A DNA stretch of 64,000 nucleotides from Octopus sinensis (Eukaryota): contig NC_043010.1 of the NCBI RefSeq assembly GCF_006345805.1, forward strand, positions 53,506,001-53,570,000, in the 5' to 3' direction. The notes under the pieces were generated by a model. That model was not told the DNA's origin and did not search any database. It saw nothing but the letters and a program-made list of their open reading frames with translations. Position 1 is the stretch's first letter. Each line of letters opens with the position of its first letter. Position numbers and translations under genes: made by a program. Below, one piece after another: positions 26,581 through 41,725 of the stretch.

Positions 26581-27649
26581 TATATATATACATATATACA
26601 CATACACCACACACACACACACATATATATATATATAATCCATACAGTAAATGCATACGGGTGTATATGTGTGCCGTAGGGAGTTAAATCGCAAATGATA
26701 ATTAGTCACCTGGAATTTTATAATTCAAGTGAAGTTACATCTTCTCGCCTCTTCGACGCCTAATTTAGCAATTACTCGATGACAGCGTAACTTTAATCCT
26801 TTAGACGAGGTTTTATGATCATATAAGTGTTTACAGTCAACGGTAACGCAATGAGGTTGAACTAATCAACAAAGATTTCATTCAATAATTGTATTTTAAA
26901 AGTATTTGCGTTTGTGTTTCTACGTTAATTTGTGATTTTGAAGTCATTACAGACAACTGCACCGAGAAATATATAAATGTAACCCCTAGCCAAAATATAT
27001 TGCTTGAGATACGCCCACGTATTTTTTTTTATGTGCGTATGTTTATCTGTGTATGCACATATATTGTTATGACTAAACGTTTCAGACAAGTAGACAGGCA
27101 GACAGAGAGAAAAACAGATAGACGGGGGAAGGATAGATAAAGAGATAAGTAAACAGATACACTAATCTATAGATAAATAGCCAGACAGAGAAATCGATAG
27201 GTAGATGATAGACAGATAGATAAATAGATAGATATACAAATATATATGAAATTACATATGACGTCTTAAATATAACCGAATTCATAAATGACGTTTATAA
27301 AATAATATAAACCTCCTCACGTTCGAAGGAACGTGAAACGGTCCGTATTTCGTTTTATAAACTGTGAATCTTGAAGCACTTAAGGCTTTAAATAATAGCA
27401 GGAATATCTTGGGTTGAATCAGAAAATTATAAAGCTTCCCTAGAATTTTTTCTCGTTTAAAAGGTTTTTCAACTGCATAATTAAATGCTTTTAAATGCTA
27501 TTATTTATAGCTTTATGTACATCTAGATCCACTGTTCCACAGAAAGAAATCCTCTTTCTTTCTTTCCTTCCTGAGCGTCCAATAATACTATACTTGTTCC
27601 ACGTCCACGCGTTTTTGTGTTTTCTCTTTGTGTTTTCATGTTTCGATTA

Positions 27650-27665
27650 ACTATATATATGTATG

Positions 27666-27698
<33 letters not shown>

Positions 27699-27910
27699 AT
27701 ATGTATATATATATATAAATCCTTAAAATCCTTAAAAATGTTTAAGCCCGAAGGCCGCGTCCATGCTGGGGCACCTATATATTTAATACACACACAATAC
27801 ATATATACATATATATATAACTATACACATATATCTGTATATATATATTTATGTAAAGAGATACACACACATATATATGTGTACGCGTGTGCGTATGTAC
27901 GTAGCTTGAG

Positions 27911-28003
<93 letters not shown>

Positions 28004-28040
28004 CATACATACATACATATATACATACGTACATACATAT
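27650..28040. repeat. (TA)n + (AGAT)n microsatellite
   Basis: Visible tandem units. Confidence 0.92.
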
Positions 28041-28577
28041 ATCAAAACATTTATTTTGAGATATTTAGATGCGTAAAAGTTGTAGGGATAATAATTAATT
28101 TTTAAACCTTTAAAATCTACTTTGAAAATTATTTACTACGAATATATCGCTCAAATATATTCTTATTAATGAATAAATAACGTAAACATGTTTTGACATA
28201 ATAACCGTTGGAGAACCGCATGAAAATATACCGCTGTGAAAAAAATTAAATGCGGCAGTTACACACAGATTGCGCATCCTTACACATTGTGAGGTCTCAA
28301 TGATGGAATGCATATATCACGTTTAATAAGTATCTGCTACCTCATCTGCCAAGCAGCTGCAATTTCGAAGATCTAGTTGAACAGTAGGTGTTTTTAGGGG
28401 TTGATTTCATTCCTCATGTTGTTTGTTTTGGAATAAAATAACTTTTGGCTCTTAAATTTCTTCATTCCCTATATAAGTTTTTAACGGCTGGACTCGTTTG
28501 TAAGTTATATATTTACAGAAGATATTTAGTAGCGCTATAAGAATGAATATAGGAAATGAAATCTGAGTAATATATAC

Positions 28578-28803
28578 TCTCTTTTACTCTTTTACTCGTT
28601 TACTTGTTTCAGTCATTTGACTGTGGCCATGCTGGAGCACCGCCTTTAATCGAGCAACTCGACCCCGGGACTTATTCTTTTTGTAAGCCCAGTACTTATT
28701 CTATCGGTCTCTTTTGCCGAACCGCTAAGTAACGGGGACATAAACACACCAGCATCGGTTGTCAAGCAATGCTAGAGAGACAAACACAGACACACAAACA
28801 TAT

Positions 28804-28836
<33 letters not shown>

Positions 28837-29008
28837 CATATATACGACAGGCTTCTTACAGTTTCCGTCTACCAAATCCACTCACAAGGCTCTGGTCGGC
28901 CCGAAGCTACAGTAGAAGTCATTTGCCCAAGATGCCACGCAGTGAGACTGAACCCGGAACCATGTGGTTGGTTAGCAAGCTACTTACCACACAGCCACTC
29001 CTGCGCCT
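28578..29008 (-). mobile_element. SINE B, full length
   Basis: Complete head, internal microsatellite and (ctctttta) tail repeats. Confidence 0.9.
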
Positions 29009-29401
29009 AATGTAATAGGATGGTAATAGTTTCTCTAACACGACGTTTCGCACTTAAGGAAAGTCCCGGTTAATAGATAGCAGAATGTGAAACTAATAAA
29101 AGAAATTGTGTCAGAATACTCACACATTCAAACACACACACACATACATAGACGCAGAGTAGTTGTATGGTAAGAAGTATGCTTCCCAACAACATGGTTC
29201 CAGGTTCAGTCCCACTCTGTGACACCTTGGGCAAGTGTCTTCTACTTTAGTCTCTGGACAACCAAGGACTTGTGAGTCGATTTGGTAAACGGAAACTGGA
29301 AGAAGCCCGACGTATATATAATATATAAATATATATATATATATTACACAAACACATATATATATATATATTCATACATACATGCATATATATATATATA
29401 T

Positions 29402-29517
<116 letters not shown>

Positions 29518-29961
29518 TATATGTGTATATGTTTGTGTGTGTGTTTCTGTTTGCCTAAATTCTGCCTAAATAATGAAGATACAGTATCCCTGATTATCTC
29601 ACGTCTATTTACATTCCTCCACTTCACGCTCTATATTGAGTATACTGTTGGTTACAGTTACTGCTTATTTCTCGCTCAGAGATTTAAAACGTGTCGCTTT
29701 AAAAGTATATACTGTGTGCATAGTCGAGTGATTGCTATCTGTAGCCAGCGAATGTCCTGTACCGAGGAAGGGAAATCACCCAGAAACCATTGGCCAGCAG
29801 GTATCACTTCAGCTAGTAAGGGGGCTGTAGACAACCTTGCTCACAGTATACGGACACAGATTATGTGTCGGTAGCAAGCTGGAGATGATTCTTTCTGGGG
29901 TTAAAAAGTAGTAACATAGTCCTGCGAAGAACCGCCACATTACGTTGGCAAATAGACTTTA

Positions 29962-30003
<42 letters not shown>

Positions 30004-30017
30004 ATATATATATATAT

Positions 30018-30055
<38 letters not shown>

Positions 30056-30163
30056 CATTGCTTGCTTGTTAGGGTAGTTAATCGTTAATTTGATACTCTG
30101 TAGGATGGAGTTAGCTATTTACTGGATTCTCTCCATAGTGTTAGCTTCTAGATCATCAATATA

Positions 30164-30264
30164 TGTGACAATTATTCGGTTGCCATAATAAAACTCCAAT
30201 GTTTTCGGGGTAATCTGTTTAACCTAACTCGGAGTTTTATTATGGCAACCGAATAATTGTCACA
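30164..30264. repeat. 101-bp hairpin / MITE-like element with perfect 34-bp inverted repeats
   Basis: tgtgacaattattcggttgccataataaaactcc (30164-30197) is the exact reverse complement of 30231-30264. Confidence 0.9.
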
Positions 30265-31894
30265 GGCAGAAAGAAAGTTAGAGAGATAGATAGATAGATA
30301 TATAGACAGATAGAGAGGTATGTATGTAGGTAGGTGAGTATATATGTATCTATAGATGTATGTATATATGTATGTATGTATATGTACTTTAGAGTATTTC
30401 AAAGTATTTAAAAATCAACATAATCTCGATCTAAGTTGCCTCGATTGCTCACTTGTTAAATTTTGAAAAGTGTGACGGTTTGATGGCAACTGGAAAGTGG
30501 GTTGCTAGAGGTAGGTAACGAAATTAGAGCAAACATAAGGGTAAGAAGCGTTACGAAGGTGTAAAAATACAGGTAGTGATGAAGCGCATTAAAATCAGTA
30601 CAGTGAAAGAAGAAAGTAGAAAAGTGAAAATAAAAATAAAGGAAAGGGTTAAAAAACAAATTTATATGCTAAGGTCATGATAGTCAGCGTAAAATGTCTG
30701 AGCTTCGGCAAGGTAGGTAGTGGACAAGAAACTAAATTCATAATAACAAAAGACGGAATAGCAAAGAGAAAATACCCAACTGCCGATAAAGAATACAGCA
30801 GAAACTTACTAACGAGATTCTCTAACATAGATGTGTAGTATTCACAAAGAATTATGCCGCGAGAAATAGACAGAGAACTACTATCTTGAAGGTACACAAG
30901 GGAAGAAAGCGGAAAGCGAACATTTAAAATAAAGACTTTAATATGAGTGATATGAGTTAATTTGAGGAAATTGGTCTCATGTAAGAGGAAACTGCTTCGT
31001 AAAATATTGTAAGATGTATGGCGGCGAGACGTAATTACGTATAAATACATAAATACATAATACATATATACATACATACCCAGACACATACTTACACACA
31101 TACGTATGTATAGACATCCACACACACATGATAAACATGAAAACCAGAAAGTTTAAATGATATTGATGATATCGCCTCGTAATATGTTGATTCAAGCAAG
31201 TATAAATCTGATTATAAATGCTGCTTTTGTTGATGTAAGCGTACCCCAGCAGCATTTCCTGTATTGGTAAATGTTTTATTAACAGTTGAAAAGAATCGCC
31301 TTAAAGCAATAAGTAACTATATAAGAATTAGAGAAAAGCAGAAAGGAGTGTTCAACAAATATTTATCAAATTGATATTAACCATATTACAATTATCAATG
31401 AACAAGTCAATAAAGTTCACTTATTGAAGATGCAGCCTAACAGCCTATAACAGCAGTAGTCACGTAAATACAAAGTGTTCGAGCTAACTTTGACGATACT
31501 TCAGGTCTCCTTTTCTCAGAAACTGCTTGATCTATTGGTGGCCAGCGGACGGTGTTGGAGAGGATAAGGGTTAAAATTGTAGTTGAGAAAACGTTAGCTG
31601 ACATGGAGATCTGAAAACCATGAAACACAGTGAGATACAGGAACGGTACAAAAATCGGGGTCAAGGGGAACAGCAGCGGCAGCGGGGTAGGGGACGGGGC
31701 TGGGGGTCATAGTACTACTAAGAACGATGATTCAAACACAGAGACACACACACATATGCACACACACACACAAAGACTGGAGCATGCGCATATAATAATA
31801 CACATCATAGAAGAAGAGAATGAATTAAGCTGAGCAAGAGCACACAAGGTGACAGAAAGTGTTACTGAGGAGGTATCAGATGTGTAACAAAAGA

Positions 31895-32325
31895 TTGTGG
31901 CTGTGTGGTAAGTAGCTTGCTAACCAGCCACATGGTTCCGGGTTCAGTCCCACTGTGTGGCATCTTGGGCAAGTGTCTTCTGCTATAGCCCCGGGCCGAC
32001 CAATGCCTTGTGAGTGGATTTGGTAGACGGAAACTGAAAGAATCCTGTCGTATATATGTATATATATATATGTGTGTGTATGTATGTGTGTTTGTGTGTC
32101 TGTGTTTGTCCCCCCAGCATTGCTTGACAACCGATGCTGGTGTGTTTACGTCCCCATCACTTAGCGGTTCGGCAAAAGAGATCGATAGAATAAGTACTGG
32201 GCTTACAAAGAATAAGTCCCGGGGTCGATTTGCTCGACTAAAGGCGGTGCTCCAGCATGGCCCGCAGTCAAATGACTGAATGACTGAAACAAGTAAAAGA
32301 GTAAAAGAGTAAAGAGTAAAGAGAG
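31895..32325 (+). mobile_element. SINE B, full length
   Basis: Head gtggctgtgtggtaagtagc; tail (gtaaaaga)n. Confidence 0.9.
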
Positions 32326-33869
32326 TTAGAATAAGAACAGTAATAAACGAGTGAAGTACGAATATATGTAATGTGTATGTTTATTTAGCAAAAACTAAAT
32401 GATCATCCCGAAATACAACAATATCTGTTTCAACACACGCAAAAATCTATGTGCATGTTCGTACTCATACATATACAAAAAGGTGTTTACATGCATACAC
32501 GTAACATAATACATATATATTTAGTCATTTTTACATATAAATATACATATATGTGTACAGGCATACATTCACACTCCCACATACGCGTATATACATACAT
32601 ACACACACACATATATATATAATATACATCCTCCTATCACACATCTACACCCACACATATACAAACATATGCATATCCTTATAAATGAAGGGGATGTTTG
32701 CATGTATGTCGCGCTTATGCACCGGACGTAGTTTACGCTTATATACATACGTATACGCATACACGTACAGACACGCACACACATATATACATATTCTCGC
32801 ACACCTGCATATTACCACAAGTAAAAATAAAAATATTAAAATTATAAAAAAATTGAAATTAAAAGAATTTATGGTAAATGGGAAGCTTGTGCAGGAACAT
32901 AGTAAAAATGTGGATTCTAGCCTTGATCTTGGGGGACCCCAAACCGTAACAAGTGTTTTGTCACGTAGACATGATCCAAAAAGTTCACTCCATGTATTTG
33001 GACATGTAGCGGGGTCCAAGGAACTTTTCCAGACGTGCCATCTTTCCATATTACAATGAGTATACATATATATACACGCAATGATATATATATATGTATG
33101 TGTGCGTGTGTGTGTGGATGTGTGGATGTGTGTGTATGTATGTGTGTGGATGTATGTGTCTCTGTGTGTACGTGATTATGTAGATAAACAATACATATAA
33201 GAAATATTGGCAGGTTCCATAAATATTCGAATTCATGGTTGTGGTGAATTTCTGCCGATACCAGCTAAACTTACGTTCACTTCTGTTTTTTTTTTCTAAG
33301 GTCAATAAAAAATACTAAGCTAAGCCGCTATATCGTCGAAGTTATTTGACGGTCTGGCAAGACGTAGAATCTGATCCAGCTCACGACGTTCTAATGCCTA
33401 GGCTTTCGACCTTACTACCGCTAAGCCATTTCAGCCCAAGTCCGTTTGGTGGAATAGGGAGATAGCATTTTTATCGCGCGTTGTACGGAAGTAGGTCGAT
33501 GTAAACTGTATGCTTATCCCGTGATGTTGAGAATATATTAATAAGCAATGCTTATGTATGTGTCTCTGTTTCGCGGAATCAGTCCCCAACCCTATAAATC
33601 TATGATTGTGTTTCATTCTGCGTATGTCTGGTCGTGCTTTCTGGAAATGTATACTGTAAAACAGCATCGGTTTCCTTGTTTATTCAGCTGCTTCTAAAAG
33701 AACCGAAAACAAAGTATTGTTAAATGCGTGCTATCGTGGTAAGTATTTATCTACGAAGAGTTAATATCGTCACAAAAGTAAACACCTTAAGATATAAAAT
33801 TGATTAATGAGGCTACCTTAAAATAGTTTGATGTTGGTAGTGGTAGGTATTGGATAACGTTGGCTAAAG

Positions 33870-33903
<34 letters not shown>

Positions 33904-34299
33904 CGATTAAGAATCAATAGAGCACACTTGTATTGATATTTAAGTCTGGATAATGAACTCTAGCGTAGCAGACAGTTGTTTCTATGGTAATTTATCTAAA
34001 TATTGGCTTCTTTTTGCTCACCAAGCACAAAGGGTCAATATTTTGTTAAGTGAGAAGCGCATAAATGGACATTATTGAGCTGTGCTGCTTGCTGCAACGA
34101 GGATATATATTCTAGGTTACGGTTTCGACTCATATGGAATATGTACGCCAAGTTGTAGTGCACTCTATTATTACTATATCATAGTTACTCACAAAAAAAG
34201 CCTACTTTCTCATTAAAGTAAAATATGCATTGTTTTTTTACCTTATTTTTTATTGTTTCCTTGCAAAGTATCTAATGCCCTGATGGATAAATTCGTATT

Positions 34300-35250
34300 C
34301 ATTTTGGCTCTTAAAATGAAATGGAATCATATCACTATCAAAATGTGCATGATGTATATATTCAAAGGTGGTTCTTCAGCAATGGAACCGACGAGAAATA
34401 TTCGTCCGTCTATGGTAATGGAGCTTTAAATGTCAAGATATGCCAACGATAGTTTCGCAAGCTTCGCCTGGGAAATGTTTCTATTGCAGATTTAGCTCAA
34501 TCTGGGTGATGATGTTCTTTCAATTTTGAGCTTACTAAAACTGTGATTGGGGAACTTGATAAGCACATGAATTAGCAGAGCAGTCCAATGTAAGTAACTC
34601 ATCAATCAGAAAAGACTTTCTATGAACAAGTACATTGTCTAAAGTCGATCAATGGGACCATACACTAATTCTCATTAAAGAGTTGCTATCTGTTCATCAC
34701 TGAAGTGGACATGCAATCAAGCTTCTCTATAAATATACCCAACAAAATCAACTATTCTTAGCACGCAAGGAAAAAGGAAAATCCTTCCCAAAACAGAACT
34801 ACGACAGAAAAATGTTATGTTCTGCGTTTGGCGAAATATGAAGAGTGTCATTTGTCATGAAGTGTTAATGCAGATGTATATTATCGTTCAAAGGAGTCAT
34901 TGGACAAATATTTCCTCAATAAAGCCTACCATTCGTCACTCTTAAAGGTGCGTTGATTTTTAAACGAAAATACAGAATCAAATATTGGACAAGTCATTCA
35001 GAAAAATTTTATGGCACTAAATATGAGAGTTTTACAGCAGCCTCATTTCTCACTTGACCACATTGTATTTTGACAATCATCTTTACAAATAATCGCAGCA
35101 CTATTTAGAGAGCAAACGTTTTATTAATTGTGAAGAGAGTAAAATGTTACTCAGTAATTCTTTGCTTCGAAGACTAAAGAATTTTACTCCCGAGAGATTA
35201 ACAATTTGCCAAAACTGAATCATATTAAGCTGCTAATAATGAGAAAAGAG
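34300..35250 (+). mobile_element. Highly decayed mariner transposase
   Basis: TRNIRPSMVM/VYGNGALNVKICQR*FRKLRLGN (helix-turn-helix region) and PKTELRQKNVM(L)CVW (catalytic-domain entry); many stops. Confidence 0.65.
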
Positions 35251-35337
35251 AAAGTCGTGATTAAATATAACAATTAAGACCAAAGAATTATTTGCTTTTT
35301 TTCTCATCTTGAAATGTGACAGGACATTTCTTTACAA

Positions 35338-35345
35338 TCTATCTG

Positions 35346-35415
<70 letters not shown>

Positions 35416-35429
35416 AATTTGTCTGTCAG

Positions 35430-35483
<54 letters not shown>

Positions 35484-35485
35484 AT

Positions 35486-35519
<34 letters not shown>

Positions 35520-35521
35520 AT

Positions 35522-35599
<78 letters not shown>

Positions 35600-35613
35600 A
35601 ATTTGTCTGTCAG

Positions 35614-35659
<46 letters not shown>

Positions 35660-35661
35660 AT

Positions 35662-35699
<38 letters not shown>

Positions 35700-35701
35700 A
35701 T

Positions 35702-35764
<63 letters not shown>

Positions 35765-35827
35765 GTGTGTATGTGTGTATGTGTGTCTGTCTGTTTGTTT
35801 GTTTGTCTGTCTGGTTCTTTCTCACAC

Positions 35828-35902
<75 letters not shown>

Positions 35903-35925
35903 ATATTTGTGTGTGTGTGTGCGTT
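35338..35925. repeat. (ATCT)n with higher-order duplication, followed by (TA)n
   Basis: Visible units; marker caatttgtctgtcag at 35415 and 35599. Confidence 0.95.
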
Positions 35926-36170
35926 TGGCTCGCCAGTCACATACATCATCTAAAACATAGAAATGTTCCCTCAATTTTGTCATGGTACTCAATAGATGCA
36001 GAGCTTCCATACCAGGGTTAACGCTCAGCCTGTAAATTATGCCTAAAGGAGGCATTCCACATAGTAAAACATCACTGTCCAATAATACTAAACGAATATA
36101 ATGAGCGAATAGGTACATGTAACCACCGGTTTTTTCATACTTTGAAATTTTACCACAAATCTAAATGCAA
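35926..36170 (+). mobile_element. Penelope-like GIY-YIG endonuclease C-terminal fragment
   Basis: [18 protein letters not shown]...PYQG*RSACKLCLKEAFHI...LNEYNERIGTCNH matches the PLE pattern LS.HIW.LK...W.I...PY..G...C.LCL.E..I...LN.R.E...C.H. Confidence 0.75.
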
Positions 36171-36267
36171 CCTAAATAACCACAAAACACATATCCTGAA
36201 CACTACTTAGGTTATTCCCAACAATCCTATTTGAATTAACATAAATTTTTAACTTATCTTATTTTAT

Positions 36268-36575
36268 GGAGGCGCATGGCCCAGTGGTTAGAGCAGCGCA
36301 CTCGCGATCGAGGGACCGCGGGTTCGAATCTCAGACCGGGCGATATGTGTTTATGAGCGAAGCACCTAAGCTCCACGCGGCTCCGGCAGAAGCTAATGGA
36401 GAACCTCTGCTCACTCTTTCACCACAACCTTCTCTCACTTTTTCCTCCTGCATCTTGCAGCTCAACCGCGACGGTCCGCCGTCCTGTCGAGATGGGGAAC
36501 CTATACGACAGGGAAACTAGGAAACCGGCCCTTATGAGTCAGGCGTGGCTCGAAAAGGAAGAAACAACACAATAA
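36268..36575 (+). mobile_element. SINE head A variant + V-like tail
   Basis: ggaggcgcatggcccagtggttagagc...ggttcgaatc; tail gaaaccggccc. Confidence 0.8.
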
Positions 36576-36599
36576 TCTTATTGTAATTGTGTAATACTA

Positions 36600-37070
36600 C
36601 ATATATGGACATGCATATGCATACGTATGTGGATGTTTGTGCGTATGTATATAAACACATGAATATGCGTGTGTGCGTGTGTGTATGTGTAACGTGTGCA
36701 TGTATGCGTGTATATGTACGCACGTGTATGCGTATATACATATACTTATGAGTGTGCGTGTGTGTGCATATATATATATTTATGTATATATGCATATATA
36801 TAGATATGTGTGTGTATATCTATGTGTATGCATGCATGCATGTATATATGCATGTATATTATATATGTGTATATGTATATATGTGTGTATATGTATATAT
36901 GTGTATATGTATATATGTGTGTATATGTATATATATGTGTATATATATATATGTGTGTATATGTATATATGTGTGCGTGTACGTGTATATATGTATGCAT
37001 GCATCCGTACCGGTTTAAATATACAAGTACGCAGGCCTATATAATAGTGCATACAGATACAAACGTATGT
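36600..37070. repeat. (TG)/(TA)/(ATGT) compound microsatellite
   Basis: Visible tandem units. Confidence 0.9.
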
Positions 37071-37811
37071 ATATGTCTGTTTATAGAAACTTGACAATTC
37101 TTAGTATTCTTCCCTTCCGTTTTGAGGTTTGCACTCTCGTTAGAAAACTCCCTCCTATACCTTTTCCTGTACACATCTCTTAGTGCTATTCTAGCATACC
37201 ACCCCCACCTCACTCGCCGCACATATATTCAGTACTTACGTTGTTATCTCTTCCTATCCCGCACTACTACTCCCTATCCCCCTTACAATATCTTCACCAC
37301 AACTAACATTCCTTTCGTCACTGTTTTTCACTTTCTTTCACTCCTTTGTTTCTCATTTTCTTTTCTTGTTTTCATGTTCTTTTCCTCTTTCTTTCCTTCT
37401 TCTTTTTGCACCTTTTCCTTTATCCTTTTTCCTCATTTTAACATATACCTCTTTTCTCCCTCTCTATTCAGTTAATACTATCAATACATTTTCAAATTTT
37501 CATTCATACAGGACCACTTTGAATGAACAGCATATGGAATCTACGTATCCACACTTTCCATTCGCAATGACATGATATGAAATCCTATAGGAATTCATAT
37601 ACCACGAACGTGAAGCATTTCTACCACTTCTACACATTACTTTCCTTGGATACTTGAAATGCAACTATAAAATTGTTATATATTGTTACTTTTACTTTTA
37701 TTTCTACATTCATTTTCCTATTTCTTTATATACTCCTTATTTCCTTCCTTTTCCAAAATAACATCTTATTTTGAACTCTACTATCTCAGTCTAGTTAACC
37801 ATCTTACATCA

Positions 37812-37857
37812 TCTCTGATGAAGGGATACCTCTAATATCCCAGAAACAGCTGTAAGA
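37812..37857 (+). ncRNA. Type-I hammerhead ribozyme motif (H3), near-canonical
   Basis: UCU-CUGAUGA-A-GGGAUA(ccucuaa)UAUCCC-A-GAAA-CAGCUG-UA|AGA; stem I UCU/AGA, 6-bp stem II, palindromic stem III ACAGCUGU; predicted cleavage after 37854. Confidence 0.7.
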
Positions 37858-38299
37858 CTAACTTTTTCTTTATAAATATCCTGAAAATTCTGCAAAGCGT
37901 TCGCTTTGTTGCCTCATTTTATTTAACACACACACACAAAACATGCGTACGCGCGCACACCCACACATATATCTATACACTTGTGTGCATATGTGTATAT
38001 ATGTGGAAATGTATATATATGCAAGTATATGTACATGTATATACATAGAAGCATACATAACACACACAAGCGTGTGGTCGCGCACATTCACATATATACA
38101 TGCACGCACGTACACACTCACATAAGTACATCTAAGTTCACACACACATATATATATATATGATGTATGTGTGAATAAAGTTTAAGAGATTTTTATTTAT
38201 TGAATTCAGACGTAAACATCCGGACGTATTGAACAGAGTGGCAAATATTTCAACAATTGTGTACACAGTCTTGTTACCAGTCTTCTTTCCTATATATCA

Positions 38300-39570
<1,271 letters not shown>

Positions 39571-40054
39571 TATGAATACGCTTCTCTACGTCTGTGCGTG
39601 TTGGTGAATAAAAACATCGTAGGAAGAAAATTTGTTTTGCAGTGTTTCAAGATTCCGTTTTCGATTTTCGATAGAATTACCTTCAAGTCAATAAAATATT
39701 AGAAACCAAGATGTTGACTTCGTATTGACATTCTCCAGGAAGATCTAATCCATTGTTGGTCTCTAACATCAACAGAGAGTCAATATTTATTATTTCTTAT
39801 GTGTATAGTCGCTAGAATACACTTGCCATCTTCTGTACACTTACGCACGCAATTACTCGCGCAAGCACTCTCAGACATATATAATTAAACACACACGCAG
39901 ACTCACATCCACATGCACGCAAAAAACATACACATACACACGGACACAAAAAGCACACTTATATATATACAGATATAGACTTATATATATATATATATTT
40001 CTCCAGTTCAGCGTCAATACCTTTCACGTTCACCCATATATATATATATATATA

Positions 40055-40261
40055 ACGGGAAGCTTTATGAAAATAAACAAAAGACGAAGGCAGGTGGAAA
40101 ACAAACGAACAATTGTATTAGTATGGCGCTCAGGAAATATAAATAAAACAAGTCTTTAACGTTTCGAGCCTACGCTCTTCAACAGAAAGATACACAGAGA
40201 GAGAAAACACAGAAAGAAGGAGAGAAAAAAAATGCGTGCAGTAGCTAACGAATCAACATGG

Positions 40262-40262
<1 letters not shown>
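40055..40262 (-). mobile_element. Short PLE-LTR-like repeat with hammerhead motif (family H2)
   Basis: Minus strand reads tcttt-ctgttga-agagc gtag gctc-gaaa-cgtt-aaaga (40153-40190); flanked by (TA)n; homologous to 41560-41725 and 52465-52640. Confidence 0.7.
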
Positions 40263-40317
<55 letters not shown>

Positions 40318-41002
40318 TATTATATATATAATATATATATGTTGTGTGTGTGTGTGTGTGTGGGCGTGTATGTGTGTGGATGCATATATATATTATACTC
40401 AATATATGCATACATATGTGTATATAAATATTTACATATATACACATATACATATATTCATTCACATACACCCAAGTATATATGTATGTGTGTATATATA
40501 TATATATATATATTGAGGTGAAGGAGAATGGTATTGACGGTGAACAAGAGAAATATTGTCAGTAACTTCGAACATTTGTCCTGCCAAGTCATCATCGAAC
40601 TCTTACAAGAATGATAAGTATCCGCTCGACAAATATTGTCGAATACTTCCGCTCCTGAACGTAAAATTGTAAAACCATTTTTATTGTAAGTTAACAGAAA
40701 ACCGAGCTCACAAATAAATTGCTCTCTATGTTCGAGATCCTGATGGAAATATAAGGTGCTGTTGAAGCACACAAATTTGGGTCCACTGCATGTTTTAGCA
40801 GAAACAACCGTAAGCTTACGAAGTTCGAAAGAAATTCAGTTATTCCTTAGACACCTCCGTTACTTATTACCGCTGTATAATCAGCCATCACTCAGTTTTG
40901 AAACATACGTATATATACATCGATATATACTCTTGCAATGCCTAGGTGAAACATTAAGAATTCACACACACACACAGACCAGTATATACATACATGTATA
41001 TG

Positions 41003-41050
<48 letters not shown>

Positions 41051-41093
41051 ATATACATGCATACATACAGACATACATACATACATACATACA

Positions 41094-41129
<36 letters not shown>

Positions 41130-41131
41130 TA

Positions 41132-41456
41132 GTGAGGGCGCGTGGCTTAGTGGTTAGGGCATTCGGTTCATAATCGTAAGGTTGTGAGTTCGATTCCCGG
41201 CGACGCGTTGTGTCCTTGAGCAAGACACTTTATTTCACGTTGCTCCAGTCCACTCAGCTGGCAAAAATGAGTTGTACTTGTATTTCAAAGGGTCAGCCTT
41301 GTCACTCTTTGTGTCACGCTGATTATCCCCGAGAACTACGTTAAGGGTACACGTGTCTGTGGAATGCTCAGCCATTTGCACGTTAATTTCACGAGCAAGC
41401 TGTTCCGTTGATCGTATCAGCTGGGACCCTCGTCGTCGTAACCGGCGGAGTCTTTT

Positions 41457-41457
<1 letters not shown>
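41132..41457 (+). mobile_element. SINE D (CORE-like + tail X)
   Basis: About 5-6 differences from 3266-3590; sits in an (ACAT)/(TA) tract. Confidence 0.9.
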
Positions 41458-41543
<86 letters not shown>

Positions 41544-41559
41544 GCTAGTCACTACACAT

Positions 41560-41725
41560 TCATTATTTTCTCTCCTTGTTTCTTTCTGTGTTCCTTTTAG
41601 TGGAAGAGCGTAGGCTTGAAACGTTAAAGATCTTTTTCACCCCCTCCGAGCGTTATACTAATACATCTGTTTGTTGTCTACACCATCTGTCTCCGTCTTT
41701 TGTTTTTTTGTGAATTCTCCCTATA
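41560..41725 (+). mobile_element. H2 repeat, degenerate hammerhead core
   Basis: gaagagcgtaggcttgaaacgttaaaga...gagcg..atactaatac...gtcttttgt. Confidence 0.65.

Noticed and set aside
29680-29800. Exon-like segment with one in-frame TGA (selenocysteine or edited stop)
   Set aside because: No CxxU motif or SECIS is evident, another frame is fully open, and exon status is unproven.
33285-33306. Polypyrimidine-AG|GT motifs as recursive splice sites (also 12496, 45899)
   Set aside because: The donor halves (gtcaat, gtggat, gttaga) are weak and no host gene is established.
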